A stretch of 58,569 nt of DNA, taken from Verrucomicrobiota bacterium (GTDB taxonomy: Bacteria; Verrucomicrobiota; Verrucomicrobiia; Verrucomicrobiales; DEV007). A program made the translations under genes and the position numbers. The stretch covers positions 1-58,569 of the forward strand of contig JASFYY010000146.1 in assembly GCA_045046875.1 (NCBI GenBank), read 5' to 3'. Within the stretch, counting starts at the first letter, position 1; every line of letters starts with the position of its first letter. Positions 58,284-58,569 of the stretch are shown here, piece after piece. The notes under the pieces are model-generated. The model did not search any database, was not told where the DNA came from, and saw only the letters and a program-made list of their open reading frames with translations.

Positions 58284-58516
58284 CACGTTGAACCTCCCTC
58301 AACTGTAGAATGCCCACCTGCGAGTAGATGCTGGCGGTGCCGACCCTGGCATAGCCGAGCAACTGCTGGATAAACCTTATGTGCGCCCGTTCCTCCAGCA
58401 CGTGGGTGGCGCAACAAATGACAATTCCCCTCCCGCTCGATGCCTACGCTCCTCATCGCCCGCTTGATCCAGCTGCCCAGGTAGCCCGGGCTGAACCTCT
58501 CACCGTAACTGCCCAC
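58284..58516 (-). pseudogene. tyrosine recombinase (XerC/D-like) C-terminal remnant
   Basis: CHLLRH, frameshift, then ATHVLE..IRFIQQLLGY..TASIYSQV; catalytic LGH appears as LGY. Confidence 0.8.
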
Positions 58517-58569
58517 GGCGACGGCGGAGTGGTTCGAGTTCAGCGGAAGCGTTTGATGTTGGGGTGTGC

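Noticed and set aside
1..58569. tRNA or rRNA genes and intact transposases
   Set aside because: None recognised by eye; tRNAscan-SE and Rfam scans would be needed to exclude them

Overview
Bacterial DNA, most likely PVC superphylum and probably Verrucomicrobiales. This is inferred from two PVC-type CxxCH heme proteins, a PSD1/DUF1549-DUF1553 gene, DUF1501/DUF1800 genes, several sulfatases and the porin type. There are three zones. (1) 0.15-14.2 kb is a compact inorganic-carbon acquisition island: a small leader ORF, SulP, DabA and DabB; an opposing NhaR-like LysR, porin, DUF2490 barrel and lipoprotein alpha-carbonic anhydrase unit; a second SulP with a beta-carbonic anhydrase; and a second paralogous porin. 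No RuBisCO or carboxysome genes are in the window. (2) 14.7-47.4 kb is a glycan/sulfate catabolism accessory region. Its PSD1 gene is separated from the DUF1501 gene expected next to it by about 13.8 kb of cargo: a kinase plus active-site-variant enolase, sulfatases, pseudogenes and secreted proteins. The cargo is punctuated by degenerate copies of the same short junction sequences (PSD1 3' end, esterase 5' end, a sigma70-like promoter), which suggests a gene-accretion hotspot. (3) 47.5-58.6 kb holds an amidohydrolase, an SDR, a second CxxCH protein, uvrB, a YhaM-like HD nuclease, an alpha/beta hydrolase, REP-like repeats and a tyrosine recombinase remnant. All family calls come from motifs recognised by eye; no database searches were run.
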